In this document: piece by piece, positions 28,317 through 37,127 of the stretch
Layout: every line of letters starts with the position of its first letter
How positions within the stretch are numbered: the stretch's first letter is position 1
Origin: a virus
Reading direction: 5' to 3' (one strand)
Length of the DNA: 64,000 bases
Virus record (IMG/VR): IMGVR_UViG_2931133163_000006
The notes under the pieces: model-generated
What the model was told of the DNA's origin: nothing
Seen by the model: only the letters and a program-made list of their open reading frames with translations
Database searches by the model: none
Made by a program: the position numbers and the translations under genes

Positions 28317-29179
28317 GGCGACTTCACGATGGCTTCATGGTCGCCGTCGGCGAGCACGTGGGTTTCCTGCCCGTTCCAGCGGAACAGGTACTCGATGGCG
28401 CCGCGGTACTTCATGTTGTCGGTCACGTAGGCGACCGTCGAGATGGACCAGCGGCCGCCCTTCGGCGCCGGGATGCCGTCGGCGTTCAGCGCTTCGGCGA
28501 TCGCCTTCAGCGTCGTCTTGCGCTTCCGGGCCTCGAAGATGCGGCGGACGACCTTCGCTTGGGCCGGGACGATCCGGAGGCCGCCCTCCAGGTCGCGTTC
28601 ATAGCCGTAGGGCGCCTGGCCGCCGGCGAAGCCGCCCTTCCGAGCCTTGGTGGTGCGCCCGCCCGCGGTGCGGTCGCGGATCAGGTAGCGCTCCTGCTCC
28701 GCCATGCCGGCGAAGAAGGTGAAGAACATCCGCCCGATCGAGTTGGACGTGTCGATCACGGCCTCGGTCACGGACCGGAAGGCCACGCCGTGCAACTCGG
28801 CCAGATCGGAGACCGTCATCAGCGCGTGCCGCACATCGCGCGACAGGCGGTCGATCTTGGCGACCAGCAGGATCTCGAAGCTGCGCGCCTCGGCCATCTG
28901 CAGGATCGTCGCGAACCCCGGGCGATCCGCGGGGCGAACCGCGCCGGAGACGCCCGGATCGGAGACGATCCCGACGACCTCGTAGCTCTGGCTCTCGGCG
29001 AACGCGCGGACCGCGCGCTCTTGCGCCTCGAGCCCGTGGCCCGTGACCTGCTCGTCCGTGCTGACCCGGGTGTAGATCACCGCGCGGGTCGAGGCCGTGG
29101 CCTTCGCCTCTGCCTGGACTTTATTCCGTGCCCGCAGACGGGCCACGCGGCGCGAGCCCGAAACCGCCTGCAAGCTCAT
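28313..29179 (-). CDS. Serine recombinase (resolvase catalytic domain plus recombinase DNA-binding domain)
   Basis: AVIYTRVSTDEQ catalytic Ser, D.GVSG...RPG, KIDRLSR, APYGY, IA..LN..GIP.P.GG.W. Confidence 0.9.
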   Translation of the reverse strand: MSLQAVSGSRRVARLRARNKVQAEAKATASTRAVIYTRVSTDEQVTGHGLEAQERAVRAFAESQSYEVVGIVSDPGVSGAVRPADRPGFATILQMAEARSFEILLVAKIDRLSRDVRHALMTVSDLAELHGVAFRSVTEAVIDTSNSIGRMFFTFFAGMAEQERYLIRDRTAGGRTTKARKGGFAGGQAPYGYERDLEGGLRIVPAQAKVVRRIFEARKRKTTLKAIAEALNADGIPAPKGGRWSISTVAYVTDNMKYRGAIEYLFRWNGQETHVLADGDHEAIVKSP

Positions 29180-29214
29180 GTTTTTACTACGCTTTTCGCC
29201 CTCAACGACCCGAA

Positions 29215-29244
29215 ATTTCCAAGGTCTTTTAAGACCTTGAAAAT
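29215..29244. repeat. 30-bp inverted repeat with central TT upstream of the serine recombinase
   Basis: ATTTCCAAGGTCTT-TT-AAGACCTTGAAAAT; 14-bp arms with one mismatch. Confidence 0.8.
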
Positions 29245-29347
29245 CGCCCGTTTCGGCCTGCGGATGGCAGGATCAAAACCCGGTCAAATCAGGCGGCGAA
29301 CGCCCGGGCGAAGCCCAGTGCGAACCGGCGGTACCAGGCGCGGAACA

Positions 29348-29491
29348 TCACCGGTCCCGCAGGATCCGGCCCCACTCGTCGAGCAGGGCCATCGGCAGCT
29401 GGTAGCTCGCCTCGACGACGATCGTCGCCGCGGCCGCGTAGATCGCGACGAGCGACCAGAGGTCGAGGTGTGGGCGGGGCTCAGAGCGCAT
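29348..29491 (-). CDS. Small membrane protein
   Basis: LWSLVAIYAAAATIVV hydrophobic segment; overlapping start/stop. Confidence 0.4.
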   Translation of the reverse strand: MRSEPRPHLDLWSLVAIYAAAATIVVEASYQLPMALLDEWGRILRDR

Positions 29492-29888
29492 CGTCACCCA
29501 CCAGGTCCTCGACGATCGCTTCGCGGTCCTCGTCGGAGTCGGCGAGGCGGTGGGCGTGCATCTCGGTGGCGCCGTCGGCCGCGGCGAGCTCGACGGCCTC
29601 GGACATCGTCCCGCGCCAGCCGACGCCGACGATGCGGGCGAGCCCGTCATCACCGCGGCGCACACCGATCAGGACCGCTCCGGGGGCGTCGACGTCCGCG
29701 CGGGCCTGGGCCAGCGTGTAGACCGCCACGACGTAGCGGCGGCCGGACTGGCCGCGCCACGCGGAGAGATCGAGAACTGAGCAGCGCTGACCGCGCAGGC
29801 GCTCCTCGCGGATCTCACGGCGTACCATGCGATCCCCTCGAGCCTTGGCGAAGGCGGCGCCCCAGGCGACGCGGCGGTTGGACGACAT
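29481..29888 (-). CDS. Hypothetical protein
   Basis: Coupled ORF from MSSNRR; WRGQSGRRYV motif. Confidence 0.6.
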   Translation of the reverse strand: MSSNRRVAWGAAFAKARGDRMVRREIREERLRGQRCSVLDLSAWRGQSGRRYVVAVYTLAQARADVDAPGAVLIGVRRGDDGLARIVGVGWRGTMSEAVELAAADGATEMHAHRLADSDEDREAIVEDLVGDDAL

Positions 29889-30097
29889 CAGCGCTTCTGG
29901 CGGCGGCAGCCGACCTTCACGTAGCGACCCGCGCGCGGATCTCCGAAGGCCTCGGCGGCCATGACCTGGCCGAGCAGCTTGCACGCCTCGACCGAGGCGG
30001 ACGGCTGCTCGAGGACGTCGAGCGCGTTGGCGCGGTCGCAGTCCGAGCCGGCGATCGCCGCCGAGCAGAGCATGGCGAAGGCGACGACGGTGTTCAT
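29888..30097 (-). CDS. Small Cys-containing, possibly exported protein
   Basis: MNTVVAFAMLC...DC...C...VKVGC. Confidence 0.5.
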   Translation of the reverse strand: MNTVVAFAMLCSAAIAGSDCDRANALDVLEQPSASVEACKLLGQVMAAEAFGDPRAGRYVKVGCRRQKR

Positions 30098-30285
30098 GCC
30101 GCGTGTCCCATGCAGATGGCCGCGATCAGGACGCAGGCCGCGAGCGCGAAGTGCAGAGCGCCGATCAGGAGCACGTCCTGGATGGCGCGCTCGGCGCTGC
30201 GGCCGCCGTGATGGGCGTCGAGGCCGGCGATCGCGATCAGGAGCACGAAAGCGCACGCGATGAAGGGTAGCGGCGCGGCGTCCAT
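30094..30285 (-). CDS. Small two-TM membrane protein
   Basis: Two hydrophobic segments. Confidence 0.5.
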   Translation of the reverse strand: MDAAPLPFIACAFVLLIAIAGLDAHHGGRSAERAIQDVLLIGALHFALAACVLIAAICMGHAA

Positions 30286-30286
30286 G

Positions 30287-30559
30287 TCAGCGCTCGCTTA
30301 CGAGCTCGTCGGCGATCACACGGCGCGTGGTGTAGTGCCGGAACGCCTCGTCCGACGTCGCCGGGACGATGCGGATGCCGAAGCACCGGTGCGCTTCCTC
30401 GGCGGAGAGCTTCGCTACCGGCTTCGACGCCGTCCCCAAGGCGGCAGTCCCGGCGCAGAACTCGCGCTCACCGCGGTGGATCAGCAGCTCCGGCGTCGGC
30501 GCCGGCCGGGCGCGCAGGCCGAAGAAGAGCGCGAGGCGCGCGGCGAGGCGGGACATCAC
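30287..30559 (-). CDS. Hypothetical protein
   Basis: Coupled ORF. Confidence 0.45.
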   Translation of the reverse strand: MMSRLAARLALFFGLRARPAPTPELLIHRGEREFCAGTAALGTASKPVAKLSAEEAHRCFGIRIVPATSDEAFRHYTTRRVIADELVSER

Positions 30560-30936
30560 TGCCTCCAGGCATGGAGGACGCCGCGGGCGTGCTCGCGCTG
30601 CTCCTCGACGAAGTGGTCGCGGAACACGGGCAGGCTGAGGCGGCGCACGACCGCCAGCTCGTCGAGGACGGTCGGGGCGGCCACAACGCGCGTGGCGTCG
30701 GCGACCTCGTTGCCCCGCACAGACCGGATGAGGTCGCGGAAGATGCCGATGACCGAGGGCGAATGGACGATCACGACCGCGCCGTCCTTCGGCAGGTCCA
30801 TGATCATCCGGCGCGTGCGGCCGGCTCGACGCTTTTCTCCGGCGCTCGGCTTACCGGCGCCGAGGCGCTCGGAGGCGGAGTAGCCTTTGGCATCGGCAGC
30901 GACGCCGACGCGCAGGGTGGTGTCCTCGAACGTCAC
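30556..30936 (-). CDS. Hypothetical protein
   Basis: Coupled ORF with plausible codon usage. Confidence 0.55.
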   Translation of the reverse strand: MTFEDTTLRVGVAADAKGYSASERLGAGKPSAGEKRRAGRTRRMIMDLPKDGAVVIVHSPSVIGIFRDLIRSVRGNEVADATRVVAAPTVLDELAVVRRLSLPVFRDHFVEEQREHARGVLHAWRQ

Positions 30937-31110
30937 GTCAGGCCACCACGATCACGAGGTAGCTCACCCGGGAGTAGTCCCGGGCGGCGTGGGCGCGCAG
31001 ACGTTCCGCGCGGCGGCGCAGGCTCGGCGTGCAAGCCGAGCAGGCGAGCACGGCGTCGCACATCGCGACCGTGGCCAATCGCTGGCGAAGCGTCATCGTG
31101 GCTCTCAACG

Positions 31111-31133
31111 AAAAACCCCGCGCTAGGGCGGGG
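31111..31133 (-). terminator. Rho-independent terminator early in the late transcript
   Basis: CCCCGC-CCTAGC-GCGGGG-TTTTT. Confidence 0.65.
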
Positions 31134-31159
31134 CGTGGGTCTGTGGGTCGGGCCGTGCG

Positions 31160-31435
31160 TCAGGCGCGGGCGGCGCGGGCAGCCTTGGTGCGCTCGCGGT
31201 GGCGCAGGACCGCCGCCGGGACTGGCGGGTGCGGCCTGCGCTCGGGACCAGATGAGCCGGCCTCGTGCCCGGGCCAGCTGCCGGTCAGATCCCGGTAGAA
31301 CCGCCGCGCGTGGTCGCGGATCTCGTCACGGTCGGCGACGTAGTCCTCCGGCGTGTGCCGGTGGCCCGGCGCGCGCAGGCGGTCCGCCAGGAGGCAGAGG
31401 CCATGGAGGCGCTCGACGATGTCGCGTTCGGTCAC
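31160..31435 (-). CDS. Hypothetical protein, first ORF of the late transcript
   Basis: MTERDIVERLHGLCLLADRL; GTG start. Confidence 0.55.
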   Translation of the reverse strand: MTERDIVERLHGLCLLADRLRAPGHRHTPEDYVADRDEIRDHARRFYRDLTGSWPGHEAGSSGPERRPHPPVPAAVLRHRERTKAARAARA

Positions 31436-31795
31436 GGCCGCGGATCCGTCATCGGGGCGACCCTACCAAGGAATGGTCCGATTTGGGAACGGACCGGGAA
31501 GATGCGGGCCGGGCGCAACGCCGGCTTGAGGCCGTTCCACCGCGCCGAACTCCCCGATCCCGGTACATGACGGTTCACCGGCGCTCTGCACCGTCACCCG
31601 CCAGCCTGCCGGATCAAGGCGGCCAGCCCTCCCACGCCTCGTGAGGGCCCACTCCTGCGGGTCTGCGACTTTCCCCGCCGCCGCACCATCTCGTTCGGGC
31701 TGCCCCGAAACGGCGACGGCCCCGTGCGGGGTTCCGCCGGGGCCGTCTTAAAATTCTGCGCTGTCCATATGCGTCAAGCGACTGACCGCAGTCAA
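31436..31795 (-). promoter_or_regulatory. Putative late promoter and structured 5' leader
   Basis: TTGACT (31790-31795) and TTGACG (31772-31777), an AT-rich -10-like tract near 31750, then five stem-loops. Confidence 0.5.
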
Positions 31796-31862
31796 GCCTG
31801 TTATCGAAGCCAAACTCAGAGCGCCGGCCCGCCCAGAGCCGACCCGTTGTCGTCGGTAAAGC

Positions 31863-32735
31863 TCAGGCGGTCGCCGACTGCGTCGCCGGAGCCGCCTTCG
31901 GCTTGCGGGGGCTGCTCTTCCGGCGGTGCGACAGGAGGTAGTTCACGACTTGGTCGACGCGCTGTTCGCGCAGGCGCTTGCGGCTCGACGGGTTGTCGAG
32001 GATCCGCTTCGGCTTCGCCGCATCCGTCTCGCCGGTCCACGGACGCTGGGCGGCCGCCGGCGGCAGCACGGCGATCGACGCGAGCTTGCCGGAGAGTTCA
32101 TGCGCCAGCAGGTCGAGCCCGGCCCACCAAGCGGCGTACTCAGCCCGCTCGATCAGGATCGACTTCGGATCGTCCCACTCCAGAATGCAGTAGGCCCCGC
32201 GCGGGTACCGATCCTTGCCCTCGGCGCCGACCTTCTCCTCTACCAGGTGCGGGCGCAGCCGCCCCTCGTCGTCCGCCTTCATCGTGGAACGCAGGATCAT
32301 CACCAGCGGACGGCCTTGCTTGTCCACGACTGCCGCCGGCTCAGGCGATGCGGCGAAGGTGGGACGCGCGCCCAGCCGGGCCCGGATCCGCACGACCTCG
32401 ACGAGCTGCTGCATCGCTCGCGCCATCGGCCCCTGCTGGTCCTGCCCGGGCGGGAGGTCCGGGGCGAGCCCGAGATCGCCGTCGAACTGGTGATCAGCGA
32501 AGCGGGAGAGCCCCAGGACGGCCGCCTCGACGATCAGCGCGTCCGGGTGCGGCTCGCCCATGGCAGCCGGGAAGCCGGGCTCACGGGTGAAGTTCTCGAT
32601 CCGGCCGCCGTGCTGGGCCATGGCGAACATCGGGCAGACCGAAGGGAACTCGCGCATCCGGAACGAGCCGTCGTCCTCGCGCCGCTTCGGCAGCTCGTCG
32701 ACGAAAGCCCAGCGCAGCACGTCCTCGATGTCCAT
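31863..32735 (-). CDS. Putative late-gene regulator (in the position of lambda Q)
   Basis: Last gene before the late promoter; MDIEDVLRWAF..ELPK...PHPDAL.V..AV; function inferred from position only, start uncertain. Confidence 0.5.
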   Translation of the reverse strand: MDIEDVLRWAFVDELPKRREDDGSFRMREFPSVCPMFAMAQHGGRIENFTREPGFPAAMGEPHPDALIVEAAVLGLSRFADHQFDGDLGLAPDLPPGQDQQGPMARAMQQLVEVVRIRARLGARPTFAASPEPAAVVDKQGRPLVMILRSTMKADDEGRLRPHLVEEKVGAEGKDRYPRGAYCILEWDDPKSILIERAEYAAWWAGLDLLAHELSGKLASIAVLPPAAAQRPWTGETDAAKPKRILDNPSSRKRLREQRVDQVVNYLLSHRRKSSPRKPKAAPATQSATA

Positions 32736-33018
32736 GACGCGCTTGTTCGGCGTCTCCGGACGGCGCGTGCCGATCGGCGGGGCGTGGACGCGGCTCTGAC
32801 GGATGCCGCCGACGTGGCGGCCGGGTGAGGAGCGCCGAGCCGGCGCGAAGGCGTGGGTGGTGCTCTGCGACTGCGACGGTGCCGGCACGGTGGATCCCCA
32901 ATGCTGTGCCGGTTCGAAACGAAGCAGCAACCCGCCTGTGGTCCGGCGTCCGTTTCCGCATCGTCAAGAGGAAACTTGACCGCTGCGGCATTTTCGATGG
33001 GCCGCAGCCGAACATAGA

Positions 33019-33408
33019 TCAGCGTCGGCCGTCGACGCGGTTCTTCTCGTCCGCGATCTTCTGGCAGGCGCGGATCCGCTTGCGGTCGAACTTGCTGCGA
33101 TACCACCCCCGAGCTGCGCAGTACTCAGAGATCGAGCCGCCGACCTCGCCCTCGGTGGCGAGCGCCCGCGCCCAGAGCAGCAGGATCTTCCGTTCCTCCG
33201 ACCGATCCCCCAACACTGTGCCGGTGAAGGCCAGGATGTCGAAGGTCGCGCTGGGTTGGTTCTGCATCGCGCTGCGAAGCGTGTTGCCGCGTGGCGCGTA
33301 GATCGGGGTGTAGGGCATCGCCCGGAACGCAGCCTTCAGCCAGCCCTCGACGTCGGTGCAGGTGAACGGCTCACGAGGGGGATCTGGACCTTCCGGGCGG
33401 GCGAGCAT
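33019..33408 (-). CDS. Hypothetical protein with possible C-terminal HTH
   Basis: LLWAR.......SISEYC..RGW.RS.FDR. Confidence 0.55.
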   Translation of the reverse strand: MLARPEGPDPPREPFTCTDVEGWLKAAFRAMPYTPIYAPRGNTLRSAMQNQPSATFDILAFTGTVLGDRSEERKILLLWARALATEGEVGGSISEYCAARGWYRSKFDRKRIRACQKIADEKNRVDGRR

Positions 33409-33487
33409 CGAACGCGGTGGCGCGGCCCAATGCGCCGCTACCCGTTCCTACCATGTTCGCGCCGCTCGGGCCGTTGCGGCAAAGCAA

Positions 33488-33889
33488 TCACCGGTCGTAT
33501 TTGCCCCCGAACATAGCTTCCTCGTACGGCGACAGGCTGAGATACAGCGCCACCCGCTCGGCGTAGCTCATGGGCTGGAGGGTTCGCGCCAGGGCGATCT
33601 CGACCGCGTTGCCCTGCGCCGTCGCCTCCCGGACGGCATCCTCCACGCTGTCGTCTTCCAGGTTGCCGTCGTCCATCGTGACGTGAAGGGCGCCGTAGAA
33701 GCCGTCACGCGCAGCCGCAGCGAAGGCTGGGAACGCGTTGAAGACCCGCTCGGTCAGAGGCCGGCCGGACAGCCCGGCGGACAGCAGACCCGTGGTATCG
33801 ACCGGCCGCCCGAGCTGGCCCTGCCAATACGCGTAGAGATCCAGGGTCGTACGCAGAACTGCCGCGCGCAGCCGGCCATCCATCAGCAT
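33488..33889 (-). CDS. Hypothetical protein
   Basis: ORF fits the operon spacing. Confidence 0.55.
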   Translation of the reverse strand: MLMDGRLRAAVLRTTLDLYAYWQGQLGRPVDTTGLLSAGLSGRPLTERVFNAFPAFAAAARDGFYGALHVTMDDGNLEDDSVEDAVREATAQGNAVEIALARTLQPMSYAERVALYLSLSPYEEAMFGGKYDR

Positions 33890-33907
33890 GGGTCCTGCCC
33901 CTCCGCG

Positions 33908-34225
33908 CTATTCGACCGACTTGCCGTCGCCCAATGCGCAAAGGCCCGCGATCAGCGCCGGCAGGGTTGAGGCGCTGATAGAGCAAAAGCCAACGGGCGT
34001 GTCGGGATACCAGTGCACGTTCCACCAACTATTCGTTTCGATGGCCCTGGCGCGTTCCTCGTCCGAAACCCAATCGGTGTGGTTGTCCCAATCGGGCCAA
34101 CCCTCGGCGTGTTTTTGGACGGTGCTGTAATTCGGCGCGTTACTATCGTTGAAGCTAATCGTCAGCGATGAAAACTCACCTTTGAGGAGCGACTTTAATA
34201 GCGTCTCAAGCTCGGGCACGGTCAT
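33908..34225 (-). CDS. Hypothetical Trp-rich protein, lower GC
   Basis: From MTVPEL; WW..HWYPDTPVGF. Confidence 0.55.
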   Translation of the reverse strand: MTVPELETLLKSLLKGEFSSLTISFNDSNAPNYSTVQKHAEGWPDWDNHTDWVSDEERARAIETNSWWNVHWYPDTPVGFCSISASTLPALIAGLCALGDGKSVE

Positions 34226-34277
34226 CGTGTCTGTTCCTTCCCCAAATGGCGGAGTTCCCGTCTGCCATCCGCGCCGG

Positions 34278-34700
34278 CTATCTCCGCAGGGAATGCGCGT
34301 CCCGGAACATCGCATCCCACGCGGCCCGGAAGTCGCTGTCGGGGGACAGGCGCTGCGCTTCGATCTCGTCGACGATCTGCTGGAGACGTGACACCGCCGC
34401 GGCGTCGCTCTCAGCCTTGAACTGGTACCCGTGGTTCGGCGGACTGAGCGCCTGAACTTGCCCACCCTCGACCATGGACTGGGCGCTCGTGGCCGGACGG
34501 GCCGGATCGAGGGCGACCAGGAGGAACTCGTGCGTGGCGCCGTCGAGGTGGATGACTGCCGGCTGATCGGTCGGCGTCGTCAGATCGTAGAGCGCGAGCG
34601 CGTACTGGCTCCAGACAGGATGCGCCCAGGTTGCGGTGATGAGCCATGTGGCGCCGAAGGGCTTACCTTCGGTCGTAGTCAGATGAGGTTCGTTCGTCAC
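34278..34700 (-). CDS. Hypothetical protein
   Basis: GGAGG RBS, GTG start; W.ITA.WAHP.WSQY. Confidence 0.6.
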   Translation of the reverse strand: MTNEPHLTTTEGKPFGATWLITATWAHPVWSQYALALYDLTTPTDQPAVIHLDGATHEFLLVALDPARPATSAQSMVEGGQVQALSPPNHGYQFKAESDAAAVSRLQQIVDEIEAQRLSPDSDFRAAWDAMFRDAHSLRR

Positions 34701-34889
34701 AAGTTTTCCTCCGGTCGCGCTGATAGATCTGCGCCCGCGACAGTCGGAACTGCCGCGGCATGTCCCGGGCCCACCGCGTCAGCCACACGTGCTTGGGCGG
34801 CATGATCGGAAGGCCGGATACGCCCGGACGGTAAAGGCCGAGCCGAATGAGGTGGGGTGGACACCGGCGCATCGTCACGGCTGAGGGCA

Positions 34890-36275
34890 TCACCCCGGCG
34901 CGTCGGCCTGCGGCTCAACGGCCGCAGCACGCCTTTTCCGCCAAGGCGCATCGGCCTCCCAGTCGCCGGCCATGATCGACCCGAACGGCAGGACCTCGTC
35001 GACCACGGTAGCGAGTTCGTACGCCTCGATCTGGGTGCGCACCGCGGCGGCGTCCTTGTACGCGCCGGGCAGCTCGGAGAGGTCGGGGCGTCCGCTGAAG
35101 AACCGCACGTCGATGCCAGGCGGGTACGCCGGCGCGTTGTCGCGCAGGTAGGCCGTGCGGGATAGGTTCCGACCGGCCCCGTGCGGCGCGAAGCCTAGCG
35201 TCTCCGGCCGGTCCCGGTGCGCGGTGATAAGCACCGGCTCCGCCATGTTGAGCGGGATCAGCGTGCGGCCCGTGTCCTCCGAAGAGAAGCCGGTCCACGA
35301 CGGGGTCGCGCCCTTGCCGTGGTAGAACAGGCCGTCGGTGCGCCGGAAGACGAAGTTGTGCTCGTTCCAGAAGCGATCGCCGGCAGCGGCCCCGATCCGC
35401 GCCAGGGACTGGTCGTGGATCACGTAGTGGCTCTCGCGGGTCCAGTCGCGGAGGATCTGGAGCGCCTCCCAGTAGCCCTCCCCGTCGAGGCTGGTCGCCT
35501 TGATCCAGGCGTTGTGCCGCGGAACCTCTGGCGCGACCTTCGCCGTGTAGCGCTGGGCGACCGTCATGCCCTTCTTGTAGAGGCCGGCGCCCAAGCCTCG
35601 GGAGCCGTGATGGGTCACGAGTGCCGGCAAGCCGGATGATCGCAGGCGGCCGACATAGGCGAAGTGGTTGCCGTCGCCCTGGCTCCCGAAGTCGCCAACC
35701 GCCTTGCTCATCAAATCGGCGAGGAAGGCGTTGCCATCGATCGCCGAGACGACAGAGGCCGGCATCCGCTCCGGATCGCGGCGGCCGCCAGGTCCGAAGT
35801 GCGTCACGGCCTGGACGGCGTCGAGCAGTCCGGTCAGGTCACAGTCCGCGCGCAGCACGGTGATGGCCACCGAGCAGCAGATGTCGGCCGAGTGGAAGCC
35901 CGGGTGGATCGCGTCCTCGCAGGCCACCACGCCGCCGACGGGGATCGTGCCCGGCGCCGATCCGGAAGGACACGCGTCGGGCATCACGGCGCCGGCGCGG
36001 ATCGTGGGCACGCGCATCAGCTCGTCCATGTGCCGAAACACGGCCTCGACGTTCGCTCGCTCGGCGCCCGTCTCCGCCTCGATGGCCCGAGCATAAGGGA
36101 TGGGAGCGGCCCGCATCGGGATCGTGACCGGGACGAGGGCTTGGATCGCGGCAAGGATCGTCGGCTGCTCCGCGCCCTCGCTCTGCATCCGGTTCGCCGT
36201 GGCGATCGCCTCCTTGAAGTGGGCGCCGGGCTTCACGTCCCAGCTGATGAGCGTCTGTCCCGTGATGGTGTCCAT
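34890..36275 (-). CDS. rtcB: RtcB-family RNA ligase
   Basis: MPDAC, IPVGGV, SADICCS, GDGNHF, HHGSRG, HNFV, HGKGAT, HGAGR; metal-binding and guanylylation-region motifs present. Confidence 0.93.
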   Translation of the reverse strand: MDTITGQTLISWDVKPGAHFKEAIATANRMQSEGAEQPTILAAIQALVPVTIPMRAAPIPYARAIEAETGAERANVEAVFRHMDELMRVPTIRAGAVMPDACPSGSAPGTIPVGGVVACEDAIHPGFHSADICCSVAITVLRADCDLTGLLDAVQAVTHFGPGGRRDPERMPASVVSAIDGNAFLADLMSKAVGDFGSQGDGNHFAYVGRLRSSGLPALVTHHGSRGLGAGLYKKGMTVAQRYTAKVAPEVPRHNAWIKATSLDGEGYWEALQILRDWTRESHYVIHDQSLARIGAAAGDRFWNEHNFVFRRTDGLFYHGKGATPSWTGFSSEDTGRTLIPLNMAEPVLITAHRDRPETLGFAPHGAGRNLSRTAYLRDNAPAYPPGIDVRFFSGRPDLSELPGAYKDAAAVRTQIEAYELATVVDEVLPFGSIMAGDWEADAPWRKRRAAAVEPQADAPG

Positions 36276-36309
36276 GCTCCCCTCCTAAGCTCCCCTCTCA
36301 ACGGCGCTC

Positions 36310-36630
36310 TCAGCAGACCGGACGCCCCAGAACAGCATCCATGATCTGCTTTTCCCGGCGGCGATCCATGTCGGCCACGAGGCGCGCGTGCAGCCTGTCG
36401 ATCACCGCCGGATGGGCGACGATCATGTTCTGAGCCGGCAGGTGGTAGAACTCCGGCTTCGGGAGCTCGCGGTAGCGGATCCTTTGGGGATGGCCCTCAC
36501 GCCGCCGCCGGGCGGCTCGGGACGGGGATCGCACCTCCGACCAATCCTCTGTCACGTCGACCATGTGCGGGTCGGGGACGAGGCGGATGCCGGCGTAACG
36601 CGAGATCGCCACCGTGCGGATCTCGACCAT
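36310..36630 (-). CDS. Hypothetical protein
   Basis: ORF between mucR and rtcB. Confidence 0.55.
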   Translation of the reverse strand: MVEIRTVAISRYAGIRLVPDPHMVDVTEDWSEVRSPSRAARRRREGHPQRIRYRELPKPEFYHLPAQNMIVAHPAVIDRLHARLVADMDRRREKQIMDAVLGRPVC

Positions 36631-36634
36631 CGCG

Positions 36635-37069
36635 CTACTCCGCCGCCTGCCGCGCCGCTTGGGCGCCGGGCACGCCCAGCCCGATCGCCTTCGCCAAGGC
36701 CGACCGCCGCGCGGCGTAACCGGCGGCGACCATGGGATAGTCGTCGGGCAGCCCGAAGCGTGCGCGGTAGCCGTCCGGCGTCAGGCCGTGGGACGTCAGG
36801 TGCCGCTTCAGCGTCTTGTACGGCTTGCCGTCGAGGAAGCTGATCAGGCTGTCGTTCCGGATCGACCTGCGGATCTCGGTGGCCGTCAGGCGGAAGCCCT
36901 CGGGCTTGGCCGTCGCCGCGGCCGGCTCCAGGTCCTGGAGCGCGACCAAGCCGTCGCGGACGGTGCGCATCAGACCGGGCAGCGCGTCGGCGGTCACGGC
37001 CTGTCGGCCGACGTAGGCCGCCACGATGCCGGCGGTGAGGCTGAGGATGTCATCTTGGGTGTCGGACAC
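36635..37069 (-). CDS. mucR: MucR/Ros-family regulator, variant finger with Ser/Asp at the Cys positions
   Basis: LTA.IV.AYV....V....LP.L...V; ISFLDGKPYKTLKRHL...GLTP..YR..FGLP.DYPMVA..YA..RS.LAK.IGLG. Confidence 0.93.
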   Translation of the reverse strand: MSDTQDDILSLTAGIVAAYVGRQAVTADALPGLMRTVRDGLVALQDLEPAAATAKPEGFRLTATEIRRSIRNDSLISFLDGKPYKTLKRHLTSHGLTPDGYRARFGLPDDYPMVAAGYAARRSALAKAIGLGVPGAQAARQAAE

Positions 37070-37127
37070 TGGAGAACTCCTGTGGGGATGTGAGGCCGGG
37101 CTGTCTGCGCCGGCCGGGCGCGTCGGT

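Noticed and set aside
31436-31750. tRNA gene in the late leader
   Set aside because: No T-loop GTTCRA with a matching acceptor stem could be built
34663-34951. Small ORFs downstream of rtcB
   Set aside because: Two competing frames with no motif; one is coupled to the rtcB stop but the evidence is insufficient
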